Positions 48,880 through 59,295 of a DNA stretch of 64,000 nucleotides are shown one piece after another. A program made the translations under genes and the position numbers. Below the pieces are notes generated by a model, which did no database searches, had not been told where the DNA came from, and saw only the letters and a list, made by a program, of their open reading frames with translations. Source of the DNA: Candidatus Doudnabacteria bacterium RIFCSPHIGHO2_02_FULL_43_13b (lineage in GTDB: Bacteria; Patescibacteriota; Doudnabacteria; UBA920; O2-02-FULL-48-8). Numbering within the stretch: position 1 is the first letter of the stretch; each line of letters opens with the position of its first letter. Where the stretch lies: positions 68,322 through 132,321 of the forward strand of contig MFER01000013.1 of the NCBI GenBank assembly GCA_001777655.1, read 5' to 3'.

Positions 48880-49238
48880 ATGAATCATGGATATCAAAAT
48901 TTGATTGTTTGGCAGAAATCAATGTTGGTTGTTAAGGGCGTCTATAAAATCACAGGAGAATTGCCTAAACAAGAACAGTATATTTTAGTTTCACAGATGC
49001 TAAGAGCGGCAATATCTATTCCGTCAAATATTGCTGAGGGATGGTCACGCTAACTGGAATCAAGAGTTTATACGATTTTTTGAAATAGCCTTTGCTTCGC
49101 CTGCGAGCTGGAAACTCAGTTATTGATATGTAAAGATCAATATCAAAAAATAGATTGTAGTTCTGTCGAAGCGATCCTCGTAGAGGTTAAAAAATGTTAA
49201 CGAGTCTTATTCAGAACAAAACAAGGGCCCGGTTCTGA
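48880..49238 (+). pseudogene. Four-helix-bundle (23S rRNA IVP/Avd-like family) pseudogene flanked by inverted heptamer arrays
   Basis: YQNLIVWQKS...VY..T..LP..EQY.L.SQM.RAAISIPSNIAEG, then a stop and frameshifts through EFIRF..IA..S / ELETQL. Confidence 0.85.
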
Positions 49239-49264
49239 TTACTGCTTACTATTTACTGACTGCT

Positions 49265-50197
49265 ATGATAAGCGCTCTTACAGAACAAACTTGGGATGCG
49301 AAAGTTGTCGAGCTGGGCGGCTCGATTTTGCAATCATGGAGTTGGGGTGAATTTCAGAAATTTCTAAATCAAAAAATTTACCGTTTTTCTGGTCAGGATT
49401 TTATTTGTTTGGCAGTTGGAATCGAATTGCCACTAGATAAAAAATATATTTATTGTCCCCGCGGCCCAGTTGGCAATCTCGAGTCTGCTTTGAGTGATTT
49501 AAAAAAATTAGCAGAGGACCATTCTATTATTTTTTCACGGCTTGAACCCCCCCAACCGCTGTTATTGCCGAAAGCGATCAAAGATGTTCAGCCTCCGAAC
49601 AATTGGATGTTGTCATTGGAAAAATCCGAAGAAGAATTATTGATCGGGATGAAACCAAAAACCCGCTACAATATCAATTTGGCCCAGCGTAAAGGAGTGT
49701 CGGTGCGGCTTGGGAACCAAGTTGACCTTTTGGATTTTTATAAGTTGATGCTGGAGACGGCGAAGCGCAATCAGTTTAAATTACATCCGCAGAATTATTA
49801 TTTGCAGATGTGGGATCATTTAGCTCCAACTAATTTGCAATTACTCTTGGCTTATTATAAGAATCAATTATTATCAGGAATGCTGTTGTCATGGTTTGGC
49901 GATTCGGCGACTTATCTGCATGGTGGGTCCTCGGTCAGATTGAAAGAGGCAATGGCCCCTTATTTAGTGCATTGGGAGGCGATTAAATTAGCTAAAGAGC
50001 GGGGGTACAAAACTTATGACTTTGGCGGAGTGGCTCCGGGCAATCAAACAGGGCATAGTTGGGCGGGAATCTCGAGGTTTAAGAAGGGTTTTGGCGGCTT
50101 TGAGGTGACCTATCCCGGAGCTTATGACCTAATTTACTCGCCAATTTGGTATAATGTTTATACGCAAGCATGGAGCTTACGAAAAATCTTAAGGTAG
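49265..50197 (+). CDS. FemABX family peptidoglycan peptidyltransferase
   Basis: LQSW.WG, Y.PRGP, KTRYNI, YLHGGS, YDFGG, FKKGFGG. Confidence 0.92.
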   Translation: MISALTEQTWDAKVVELGGSILQSWSWGEFQKFLNQKIYRFSGQDFICLAVGIELPLDKKYIYCPRGPVGNLESALSDLKKLAEDHSIIFSRLEPPQPLLLPKAIKDVQPPNNWMLSLEKSEEELLIGMKPKTRYNINLAQRKGVSVRLGNQVDLLDFYKLMLETAKRNQFKLHPQNYYLQMWDHLAPTNLQLLLAYYKNQLLSGMLLSWFGDSATYLHGGSSVRLKEAMAPYLVHWEAIKLAKERGYKTYDFGGVAPGNQTGHSWAGISRFKKGFGGFEVTYPGAYDLIYSPIWYNVYTQAWSLRKILR

Positions 50198-50265
50198 TAA
50201 ACAGAAAACAGTAAGCAGTAATCAGAATTAGTTCCTGTTTCCTGATTACTATTTACTGCTTACTA
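50196..50265. repeat. Gene-less inverted heptamer array
   Basis: AGTAAAC AGAAAAC AGTAAGC AGTAATC ... GATTACT ATTTACT GCTTACT; same units as the flanks of 48880-49238. Confidence 0.75.
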
Positions 50266-50270
50266 AATTT

Positions 50271-50840
50271 ATGAATTACAAAATTGCTGTTTCTGGATCA
50301 GCCTCCAATAATTGTGCGAAGGGAGCATTTAGAAAATCTTTTGAAGTCGGGCGGCAGATTGCTTTGCATGGCTGTGTTTTAATCACCGGCGCTACTATCG
50401 GGATACCCGAATGGGCGACCAGGGGAGCGAAGTCAGTGGGTGGCGTATCAATTGGCCTCTCCCCGGCAGTTTCCAAGCAAGCCCACATCAATACTTATCA
50501 TTTGCCTACTCGTTACATGGATTTGATAATTTATACCGGTTTTGATTATTCTGGTCGGAACATGCTCATGACCAGAGCTTGTGATGCCGTAATTACGATT
50601 TGCGGCCGGATTGGTACCTTAAATGAGTTTACGACTGCGTTCGAAGATCGGCGGGTTGTGGGAGTCTTGACTAACACGGGGGGAATTGAAAGCGAAATTG
50701 ATGATATCCTAAAACTTGCTAAACGCGGCCGAAGACGGATAGTATTTGATGATGACCCCAAGCGTTTGGTCCAGAGGGTTATCAAGGCAATCCGGATCAA
50801 TGAAAGGCAAAAACATATTAGACACAAAGAAGTTGCTTAA
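50271..50840 (+). CDS. LOG/SLOG family nucleotide-binding protein
   Basis: IAVSGS, ITGAT.G.P, RN....DAVI...GRIGTLNE. Confidence 0.85.
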   Translation: MNYKIAVSGSASNNCAKGAFRKSFEVGRQIALHGCVLITGATIGIPEWATRGAKSVGGVSIGLSPAVSKQAHINTYHLPTRYMDLIIYTGFDYSGRNMLMTRACDAVITICGRIGTLNEFTTAFEDRRVVGVLTNTGGIESEIDDILKLAKRGRRRIVFDDDPKRLVQRVIKAIRINERQKHIRHKEVA

Positions 50841-50841
50841 T

Positions 50842-51168
50842 ATGATTTTATCCATTGACTCTTCAGATAACCAGATTACCAAGTTATCGTTGGTTTCTCC
50901 CAAAAAAATATTTACTCACCAATTTGAATCAGCAGGAAGTTTGTCCGAACAGCTGACGGAAGAGATAACCAGTTTTCTTAAAAAAAATAAGATCAGCATC
51001 CGGCAAATTAAAAAGATTACTGTCCATGAAGGTCCCGGTCCGTTTTCTCGAATTCGAACCGATATTGCCACAGCTAATGCTTTAATCTTCAGCTTGAACC
51101 TTAAGCAAAAATTGATTAAACCCCGATATGAAAAGGCACCAAATATCACCTTCCCCAGACATAGTTGA
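50842..51168 (+). CDS. tsaB: Short TsaB-like protein (N-terminal domain only)
   Basis: MILSIDSS...LSEQL...I..I.V..GPGPFSRIR...ATANAL. Confidence 0.75.
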   Translation: MILSIDSSDNQITKLSLVSPKKIFTHQFESAGSLSEQLTEEITSFLKKNKISIRQIKKITVHEGPGPFSRIRTDIATANALIFSLNLKQKLIKPRYEKAPNITFPRHS

Positions 51169-51273
51169 CAACTTTTAAAAAAAGATTAAGATAGTAATGT
51201 GATATCAAACTTAATAAGCTTATAGCCAAAAGAGCGGCTCTTTTTGCATATGTGCAGAAAGAGAGATTATTTT

Positions 51274-54200
51274 ATGTCTCAAAAAAAGAAAATGGCTAAT
51301 CTTAGCCTAAATTTTAGCCCAACAAAGAATCTTCAAAACTCCCGAAGGTTCTTCACTTCATTTACCGAGGTGATGGAGATGCCCAATTTGATTGAAGCCC
51401 AAATTCGATCTTATAAATGGTTTTGGGAAAAGGGACTCAAGGAGCTGTTTGCCGAAATTAACTCGATTAAGGATTTTACAGGGAAGAACTTAGAGCTATT
51501 TTTTGGCGATTACTATCTTGATAAGCCTAAATATGATGAAAAAACCGCGAAAGAACGCAACACCACTTATGAAGCTCCGCTTTATGTTTCGGTAAGATTG
51601 GTGAACAAGGTGACCGGCAAGACTAAGACCCAAGATGTTTATCTGGGTGATTTTCCATTGATGACCCCTCGAGGAACCTTTGTGATCAATGGAGTAGAAC
51701 GCGTGGTGGTTTCACAGTTAGTCAAATCACCAGGCGTTTTCTTTAGCGCTGAAGTTGCCCGGGGCCGGAACTGGTATGGCGCCAAGATTATTCCCAATCG
51801 CGGAGCTTGGCTTGAAATCGAAACCGATATTAATGGCATAATCAGTGTCAAGATCGATCGAAAACGCAGAATTCCAATCACGGCCCTGATGCGAGTATTT
51901 AAGTTTACGACTGACGAAGAAATTCTGTCAGCCTTTGCCGACGTGGATACCAACCCCGATCTTCGATACATTCAAAACACTTTAGAGAAGGATCCGTCGA
52001 AGAGCGCTGATGAAGGATTTAAGGAAGTATATAAAAGAATTCGACCAGGAGATTTGGCGACAGTCGATAACGCGCGATCCTTGATCGAGGCCATGTTTTT
52101 CCACGCTGATCGCTATGATCTTTCAGAAGTTGGTCGCTACAAGCTAAATCAGCGTTTAAATGTCAAAGATCGACAGGACCGGATTTTAACCAAACAAGAT
52201 TTAACTGAAATTATCCGCGAAGTAATCCGTTTAAATAACAGCCAAGGAATCTGGGATGACATTGATCATCTTTCTAATCGTCGAGTGAGGGCCGTGGGCG
52301 AGTTGATTCAGGGTAAGTTCCGAATTGGTCTGGCTCGCATGAGCAGAATCGCCAAGGACCGCATGAGTTTGGCAGATATCGAAACAGTAACGCCAGCCCA
52401 GTTAATTCATGTTCGTCCGATTGTCGCGGTTATTCAAGAATTTTTTTCCTCCTCTCAATTGTCTCAATTTATGGACCAGACTAATCCTTTGGCGGAACTG
52501 GAGCATAAGCGCCGATTATCAGCTATGGGGCCAGGTGGGTTATCGCGGGAACGAGCGGGATTTGAGGTTCGAGACGTCCATCGTTCTCACTATGGCCGAC
52601 TTTGCCCAATCACCACCCCGGAAGGACCCAACATTGGCCTGGTGGCCCATTTGGCTAGTTATGCCAGAATCAACGATTTTGGTTTTATTGAAACCCCTTA
52701 TCGAAAGGTCATTAAACAATTACCCAATAACGGCAAATCAGCCGTAGGCCAAGCCGCCCTTTATGATTTAAAAGACACTTCTGACCAAGTCCTTGTTTTG
52801 GCAGGCAAAAAAATTAGTAAAGAAGCGGCCGGCAAGCTAGCTGCGAATAAAGCGCTGGGAATGATTCGAATCAAACCTTATTTGACCGAGGAGATTGAAT
52901 ATCTTGATGCCTACGAAGAACAACTGACTATTATTGCCCAGGCTAATGTATTGACTGACGAGCAGGGATATTTTATCGATGAAAGAACTTCGGTTCGAGT
53001 TCATGGCGAACCGTCCATTGCCGAAACTTCTGAAATAGATTATGTTGAAGTTTCTCCCAAACAAATTATTTCAGTCACGACTTCTCTGATTCCTTTTTTG
53101 GAGCACGATGACGCGAACCGAGCCTTGATGGGATCCAACATGCAACGTCAAGCGGTTTCCTGTATTAAACCCCAAGCTCCTGTTGTTGGTACTGGCGTAG
53201 AGTCTAAGGCTGCTTATGATTCTGGCCAAGTAGTAATTACCGAAACCGCTGGAGTAGTATCAAGTGTCTCCGGTGAAAAAATTATCATCGCGGAAAAAAC
53301 CGGGAAAAAACGTGAATACTCTCTGCAAAAATTTGTTCGTTCCAATACTTCGACTTCGATTAACCAACACCCAACTGTCAAAAAAGGAGAAACGGTCAAA
53401 GCCGGCCAGCCAATTGCCGATGGTGCCGCGATTGAAAACGGGGAACTGGCCTTGGGTCAAAACATGTTGGTCGCTTTTATTTCTTGGGAAGGCGGCAATT
53501 ACGAAGACGCAATTTTGATTTCTTCCCGGGTCGTGGAAGAAGATCGTTATTCTTCAATTCATATCGAAGATTTTAAGGTTGACGTTCGGGATACCAAATT
53601 GGGACCTGAAATTATTACTCGAGATATTCCAAATGTCGGAGAAGAGAAGCTGAAAGATTTGGATGAACTTGGAGTGATTCGAATTGGGGCCCAAGTCAAA
53701 GCCGGTGACATTTTAGTTGGAAAAATTACTCCGAAAGGAGAAACGGATCTGACTGCTGAAGAAAAATTACTCCGAGTTATTTTCGGCGAAAAATCCCGCG
53801 ACGTGAAAGACACTTCTCTGACATTGCCGCACGGTGAATACGGTAAAGTTGTGCATATTCGAGAATTTTCTCGTGAACAAGGCGACAAATTACCATCGGG
53901 CGTGATCAGATCGATTCAGGTGTCAGTCGCGGTGCTTCGAAAAATTCAAGTGGGTGATAAAATGGCTGGTCGTCACGGCAACAAGGGAGTTATTTCCCAG
54001 GTAATCCCAGTTGAAAACATGCCATTTATGGCTGACGGCACGCCAGTGGATATAATTTTAAACCCTTTGGGAGTGGCAAGCCGCATGAACATCGGCCAAA
54101 TTTTGGAAACTCATTTAGGTTTGGCGGCTCAGCGACTCGGGTATACCGTCGCCTCCCCGGCGTTAAATGGGGTGTCGGAAGAGATCATAAAACAAGAACT

Positions 54201-54759
54201 TGATAGAGCTGGTTTCCCTCAAGATGGAAAGGTGACTTTGTTTGATGGGAAAACCGGGCAGCCATTTTTAGAAAAGGTGACGGTGGGCATAATTTATATG
54301 TTGAAACTGCACCACCTAGTTGATGATAAAATGCATGCTCGCTCCACCGGCCCTTATTCCTTAATTACCCAACAGCCCTTAGGTGGTAAAGCACAATTCG
54401 GTGGCCAAAGGTTTGGGGAAATGGAAGTCTGGGCTTTAGAAGGATACGGAGCAGCGCACACCCTACAGGAAATGCTGACTATAAAATCTGATGACGTGGT
54501 TGGTCGGGCGAAGACCTATGAATCGATCGTTAAAGGCGAGCCGATCAAAAAGCCAAATGTGCCGGAATCTTTCCGGGTCTTGGTGAAAGAATTGCAATCG
54601 TTGTGTTTGAGTGTCGAATTGGTCGGCGAAAAGTTGGCCCGTGACAATGAAGTTAGTAGCGAGATTCGCGAGCTTGCGACTACCGATGTCCAAATTCCAA
54701 TAGAGGAGAAAGAAGAGATTTTAGACGATAAAGGAAAAAAGAGGAAGGGGAAAAAATAA
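51274..54759 (+). CDS. rpoB: RNA polymerase beta subunit
   Basis: [36 protein letters not shown]; start 51274 or 51292. Confidence 0.99.
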   Translation: MSQKKKMANLSLNFSPTKNLQNSRRFFTSFTEVMEMPNLIEAQIRSYKWFWEKGLKELFAEINSIKDFTGKNLELFFGDYYLDKPKYDEKTAKERNTTYEAPLYVSVRLVNKVTGKTKTQDVYLGDFPLMTPRGTFVINGVERVVVSQLVKSPGVFFSAEVARGRNWYGAKIIPNRGAWLEIETDINGIISVKIDRKRRIPITALMRVFKFTTDEEILSAFADVDTNPDLRYIQNTLEKDPSKSADEGFKEVYKRIRPGDLATVDNARSLIEAMFFHADRYDLSEVGRYKLNQRLNVKDRQDRILTKQDLTEIIREVIRLNNSQGIWDDIDHLSNRRVRAVGELIQGKFRIGLARMSRIAKDRMSLADIETVTPAQLIHVRPIVAVIQEFFSSSQLSQFMDQTNPLAELEHKRRLSAMGPGGLSRERAGFEVRDVHRSHYGRLCPITTPEGPNIGLVAHLASYARINDFGFIETPYRKVIKQLPNNGKSAVGQAALYDLKDTSDQVLVLAGKKISKEAAGKLAANKALGMIRIKPYLTEEIEYLDAYEEQLTIIAQANVLTDEQGYFIDERTSVRVHGEPSIAETSEIDYVEVSPKQIISVTTSLIPFLEHDDANRALMGSNMQRQAVSCIKPQAPVVGTGVESKAAYDSGQVVITETAGVVSSVSGEKIIIAEKTGKKREYSLQKFVRSNTSTSINQHPTVKKGETVKAGQPIADGAAIENGELALGQNMLVAFISWEGGNYEDAILISSRVVEEDRYSSIHIEDFKVDVRDTKLGPEIITRDIPNVGEEKLKDLDELGVIRIGAQVKAGDILVGKITPKGETDLTAEEKLLRVIFGEKSRDVKDTSLTLPHGEYGKVVHIREFSREQGDKLPSGVIRSIQVSVAVLRKIQVGDKMAGRHGNKGVISQVIPVENMPFMADGTPVDIILNPLGVASRMNIGQILETHLGLAAQRLGYTVASPALNGVSEEIIKQELDRAGFPQDGKVTLFDGKTGQPFLEKVTVGIIYMLKLHHLVDDKMHARSTGPYSLITQQPLGGKAQFGGQRFGEMEVWALEGYGAAHTLQEMLTIKSDDVVGRAKTYESIVKGEPIKKPNVPESFRVLVKELQSLCLSVELVGEKLARDNEVSSEIRELATTDVQIPIEEKEEILDDKGKKRKGKK

Positions 54760-54763
54760 TCTT

Positions 54764-57700
54764 ATGTTACAAGCAACCGAAGAATTTAAAGCCGTCCGAC
54801 TCAGGCTCGCTTCACCCGCGGATATTTTGAATTGGTCGTATGGAGAAGTGACCAAGCCGGAGACTATTAATTATCGCACTCAACGGCCGGAGAAAGACGG
54901 TTTATTTGATGAGAAAATTTTTGGTCCGATTAAAGATTGGGAGTGTTATTGTGGTAAATACAAGCGCATTCGTTATAAAGGAATTATTTGCGATAAATGC
55001 GGCGTGGAGGTGACTCGCGCAGCAGTCCGCCGAGAGCGGATGGGCCATATCAAACTGGCCGCTCCCGTCGCTCACATTTGGTTTTTGCGCGGCGTGCCAT
55101 CCAGGTTAGGTTTAGTTTTAGATCTTTCAGTCCAGGAACTTGAGAAAGTCGTTTATTTTGCAGCTTATATTATCACGAATGTTGATGAAGAAGCCAGGTC
55201 AGCTACCCAAGAACAGATTGAGCGAGAATTTAAAGCGAAACGAAAAGAAATTGACGGTCGTTATGAGCACTTACTTAATCAATCCAAAGAAGAGGCTGAG
55301 GGCTTGCGAACCAGAGACATGTGGAGTAAGGAGATTGAACATTTAGAATCAATTCGTGATTTGGCCCGCTCGGAACTTAAATCCATCAAAAAATACCAAA
55401 TTATTTCGGAATTGGAATATCGCGATCTGTCCTTAAAGTACGGTCCGGTCTTTCAGGCCGGCATTGGAGCCGCAGCGATTGAACAGTTGGTTTCGGAGAT
55501 TGATTTGGAAAAACTATTTACCTTGTTGCGAGAAGAAATTAATACCGCGGAAGGCGTGAATAAGCGTAAATTAATTAAACGTCTCAAGTTGGTCAAATCG
55601 ATGATTAAATCCGCGATCCGACCCGAATGGATGATTATCCAAAACTTGCCGGTCATCCCGCCGGATCTGCGTCCGATGGTTCAATTAGATGGTGGTCGGT
55701 TTGCCGCTTCGGATTTGAACGATTTATACCGTCGAGTGATCAATCGTAATAATCGATTAAAAAAACTTTTGGAAATCGGCGCGCCGGAAGTGATTACTAG
55801 GAATGAAAAAAGAATGTTGCAAGAGGCAGTGGATGCTCTGATTGATAATTCTATCCGGCATGGTAAGGAAGTCACGGCTTCGACCGGTCAAAAACGTAAA
55901 CTTCGATCGTTAGCGGATATGTTGAAAGGCAAACAAGGAAGATTCCGACAAAATCTTTTAGGTAAACGTGTGGACTATTCCGGCCGCAGCGTGATTGTGG
56001 TGGGACCGAAATTGAAACTGCACCAGTGTGGTCTGCCGAAAAAAATGGCCTTGGAATTATTTAAACCATTTGTCATTTCTAAATTGATTTTAAGAGAGTT
56101 TGCTCATAATGTTCGCAGTGCCAATCGGTTGATTGAGCAAGGACGACCAGAGGTTTACGATATTTTAGAAGAGGTGACCAAACATCACTATGTCTTGCTC
56201 AATCGAGCCCCGACCCTGCATCGATTAGGTTTTCAAGCTTTTTTGCCAGTCTTAATTGAAGGCAAGGCCATCCAGATTCATCCCATGGTTTGTGATGCTT
56301 ATAACGCTGATTTTGACGGTGATCAAATGGCTGTCCATGTTTCCCTGACCGAAGCCGCTCAAGAAGAAGCGCGGAACATTATGTTGTCTGCCAAAAATTT
56401 GTTGAAGCCAGCCTCCGGAGAACCAGTCATGGGACCTACGAAAGATATGGTCTTAGGATGTTTTTGGTTGACCCGCATCCAGGCGGGTCAAAAGGGAGAA
56501 GGCATGGTTTTCGGCAGCGCAGAAGAAGCAATTTTGGCCTACCAATCCGGGATTTTAAGTTTGAAAGCCAAAATTAAAATTCGTTTGGGAGAAAAATGGG
56601 GCAATTTGGGTTTAACAGAAACTTGCGTTGGCCGGGTAATGTTTAATCAGATTTTACCGGAGGGGGTTAGGTTTAATAACGAAGTCATGGATAAAAAGAA
56701 ACTGCAACAGGCCTTACAGGTAGTTTATCGGGATTTTGGCATTGAGCGTACGGCCGATCTTTTAGATGAGATTAAAAAATTAGGGTTTAATTACGTCACC
56801 AAATCAGGTTTGTCTTGGGGGATGGAAGATTTGAAGGTGCCGGAAATTAAGAAACAATTGGTTGAACAAGCCGATCGAGAAGTTTTGGAAACTTACGAAC
56901 AACATCGAATGGGACTGTTGACTGAGCAAGAACGATATAATCGGGTGATTGAAATTTGGGCTACGGTCCGTGATAAAGTGGCGGAAGCTGTGACGAAAAG
57001 TTTGGATGAATATGGACCGGTTTATCAAATGGTGATTTCCGGAGCGCGGGGATCAGTTTCGCAGCTGGCTCAGATGGCTGGCATGAAAGGGTTGGTGACT
57101 AATCCGGCTGGGGACGTCATTGAATTGCCAGCCAAAGATTCATTTAAAGAAGGTTTAAGTATTTTAGAGTATTTTATCTCTACTCACGGTTCCCGTAAAG
57201 GGATGACCGACACGGCGTTGCGGACTGCCGATGCTGGATACCTGACTCGTCGGTTGGTTGATGTGGCGCAGGATATCGTGATCAACGCTGAAGATTGTGG
57301 GGTTGAAGAGGGTCGGATTATTACTAGGGCCTCTTCGGAAGCCTTGGGCCGACCTTTGGCTCGGCGAATTTTTGGTCGGGTCTTGGCAGCCAACGTGAAA
57401 GACGCCTCTGGTAAAGTCATTGCCAAGGCAGGGACCCTAATTGACGATAAACTCTCGGTTGAAATTGAAAAATCTACCACTGATCAAGTAGAGGTCCGAA
57501 CCGTACTTCGCTGCACCCTAACTCGCGGCGTTTGTACCAAATGTTATGGTTATGACCTTGGCTTTAATCGATCCGTCGAACAAGGAGCGGCAGTCGGGAT
57601 TGTCGCAGCGCAGGCGATTGGAGAACCAGGAACTCAGCTGACCATGAGAACTTTCCATACAGGAGGGGTGGCGGGCTTAGATATTACCCAAGGTTTGCCT

Positions 57701-58600
57701 CGGGTCGAGGAGTTATTAGAGGCCCGTGAACCGAAAGGTCAAGCGGTAATTTCCGAAATCGATGGATTCGTTTCCGAAATTAAACCTACGAACAAAGAAA
57801 CCACGATTCGGGTGGAAGCCAAAGAGATTTCCCAAGACAAATACGCTCTCGATCTGCCAAGTGGGGGGCCACGATTACAATTAACTGATGGCGAAGGAGT
57901 CAAGCAAGGGGATCCACTGTTCGTCAATACCAAAGGTGAGACGATCAAGGCTAAAGCACCGGGAGTCGTAAAGATTAAAAATAATCAATTGTTCGTCGTT
58001 CATGAATCTGAGAATTTTAAAGAATATTCAGCGCCGCTTGGCTTTAACGTAATTGTGAAACAAGGTGAGCTGATTACTAAAGGGCAGGCCTTAACCGAAG
58101 GTAATTTGAACCTACATCAATTATTTATTTTGAAGGGAATTGAGGCTTGTCAGGATTATATCATCAAAGAGGTCCAGGAGATTTATTCTTCCCAAGGACA
58201 AAATGTGAACGAAAAACATATTGAGATTATCGTACGACAAATGTTTTCCAAAGTTCGAATCACTGAAGCCGGAGATGCTGATCTTTTAATCGGGGATTTG
58301 ATAGATAAATCGAGATTACAAATGGCTAACGCGAAAATTGAAAAAGGCAAAGAAGCACAAGCCGAACAACTCCTTATGGGAATTACCAAATCATCTTTGA
58401 ATACCGAATCGTTCTTGGCTGCCGCTTCTTTCCAAGAAACCACGAGGGTTTTAATTGAGGCAGCGGTCACGGCAAAAACAGATTATTTAAGGGGTTTGAA
58501 AGAAAATGTGATTATCGGAAAACTTATTCCAGCTGGCACCGGTTTTCGAAAAGAAGCGCTGGGTGAAAAAGAAGCGGCTGAAATTGCCGATAATATTTAA
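54764..58600 (+). CDS. rpoC: RNA polymerase beta' subunit
   Basis: KPETINYR, Zn-binding Cys, [25 protein letters not shown]. Confidence 0.99.
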   Translation: MLQATEEFKAVRLRLASPADILNWSYGEVTKPETINYRTQRPEKDGLFDEKIFGPIKDWECYCGKYKRIRYKGIICDKCGVEVTRAAVRRERMGHIKLAAPVAHIWFLRGVPSRLGLVLDLSVQELEKVVYFAAYIITNVDEEARSATQEQIEREFKAKRKEIDGRYEHLLNQSKEEAEGLRTRDMWSKEIEHLESIRDLARSELKSIKKYQIISELEYRDLSLKYGPVFQAGIGAAAIEQLVSEIDLEKLFTLLREEINTAEGVNKRKLIKRLKLVKSMIKSAIRPEWMIIQNLPVIPPDLRPMVQLDGGRFAASDLNDLYRRVINRNNRLKKLLEIGAPEVITRNEKRMLQEAVDALIDNSIRHGKEVTASTGQKRKLRSLADMLKGKQGRFRQNLLGKRVDYSGRSVIVVGPKLKLHQCGLPKKMALELFKPFVISKLILREFAHNVRSANRLIEQGRPEVYDILEEVTKHHYVLLNRAPTLHRLGFQAFLPVLIEGKAIQIHPMVCDAYNADFDGDQMAVHVSLTEAAQEEARNIMLSAKNLLKPASGEPVMGPTKDMVLGCFWLTRIQAGQKGEGMVFGSAEEAILAYQSGILSLKAKIKIRLGEKWGNLGLTETCVGRVMFNQILPEGVRFNNEVMDKKKLQQALQVVYRDFGIERTADLLDEIKKLGFNYVTKSGLSWGMEDLKVPEIKKQLVEQADREVLETYEQHRMGLLTEQERYNRVIEIWATVRDKVAEAVTKSLDEYGPVYQMVISGARGSVSQLAQMAGMKGLVTNPAGDVIELPAKDSFKEGLSILEYFISTHGSRKGMTDTALRTADAGYLTRRLVDVAQDIVINAEDCGVEEGRIITRASSEALGRPLARRIFGRVLAANVKDASGKVIAKAGTLIDDKLSVEIEKSTTDQVEVRTVLRCTLTRGVCTKCYGYDLGFNRSVEQGAAVGIVAAQAIGEPGTQLTMRTFHTGGVAGLDITQGLPRVEELLEAREPKGQAVISEIDGFVSEIKPTNKETTIRVEAKEISQDKYALDLPSGGPRLQLTDGEGVKQGDPLFVNTKGETIKAKAPGVVKIKNNQLFVVHESENFKEYSAPLGFNVIVKQGELITKGQALTEGNLNLHQLFILKGIEACQDYIIKEVQEIYSSQGQNVNEKHIEIIVRQMFSKVRITEAGDADLLIGDLIDKSRLQMANAKIEKGKEAQAEQLLMGITKSSLNTESFLAAASFQETTRVLIEAAVTAKTDYLRGLKENVIIGKLIPAGTGFRKEALGEKEAAEIADNI

Positions 58601-58624
58601 AAGCGGTATACTAACGCCATGAAT

Positions 58625-58724
58625 CCCGTTAGAAATTTCACATTGCGAGTTTATACTAAAAACACTCTCTGACGGGCTGATTATAAAGAAATTATTTATT
58701 AACTAATCAAAATTTCTAAACGGG
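58625..58724. mobile_element. MITE-like element family A abutting the start of ORF 58725
   Basis: CCCGTTAGAAATTT...AAATTTCTAAACGGG with ATGAAT on both sides. Confidence 0.82.
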
Positions 58725-59165
58725 ATGAATAAATACATCCAAGGAATTATCTTATTAATCTTGGTCGTTGCGGCAATCTTTTTGATTCCTAAGAAACAAG
58801 AACAGGCGCCACCAACCCAGGTTACTGACCAACAACCTCAAGCTATTCCAGAAGTGATTGTTGATACCCCGCAACCCAACGATGTGATCATAAGCCCAGT
58901 GACTGTGACTGGCCGCGCTCGTGGGTTTTGGTATTTCGAAGCCAATTTACCAGTGACGCTGAAAGATGGCAATGGCAATGTTTTGGCGCAAAAAGGTTTT
59001 CAGGCTATTGGAGATTGGATGACCACGGATCATGTGGATTTTTCTGACACTTTAATATTTATTACTCCGGCCACGCAATACGGCACTTTGATTATCAGTA
59101 AAGATAACCCGTCGGGCGAGCCGATCAACGACGCTGATTTCGTAGTCCCTATAAGATTTTGGTAA
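58725..59165 (+). CDS. Membrane-anchored Gmad2-type immunoglobulin-like domain protein
   Basis: SP..V.G.ARG.WYFEA..PV.L.D..G...WMT...DNPSG. Confidence 0.8.
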   Translation: MNKYIQGIILLILVVAAIFLIPKKQEQAPPTQVTDQQPQAIPEVIVDTPQPNDVIISPVTVTGRARGFWYFEANLPVTLKDGNGNVLAQKGFQAIGDWMTTDHVDFSDTLIFITPATQYGTLIISKDNPSGEPINDADFVVPIRFW

Positions 59166-59260
59166 AAATCCGCTCGGACACTGCTAAAAAATCTGAGATG
59201 TATGCACATTTGACCGATCGGTCAGCTAAGAGTACAAAAAGAAAAGCGGTTTAGTAGGTT

Positions 59261-59287
59261 AGATCCTGAAACGAGTTCAGGATGACG
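59261..59287. repeat. RPE-like element P3 half
   Basis: AGATCCTGAAACGAGTTCAGGATGACG versus AGATTCTGAATCAAGTTCAGAATGAC at 1592-1617. Confidence 0.7.
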
Positions 59288-59295
59288 AATATTTT

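Noticed and set aside
50842-51168. Short TsaB as a pseudogene or novelty
   Set aside because: Clean start and stop with motifs intact; most simply a streamlined form
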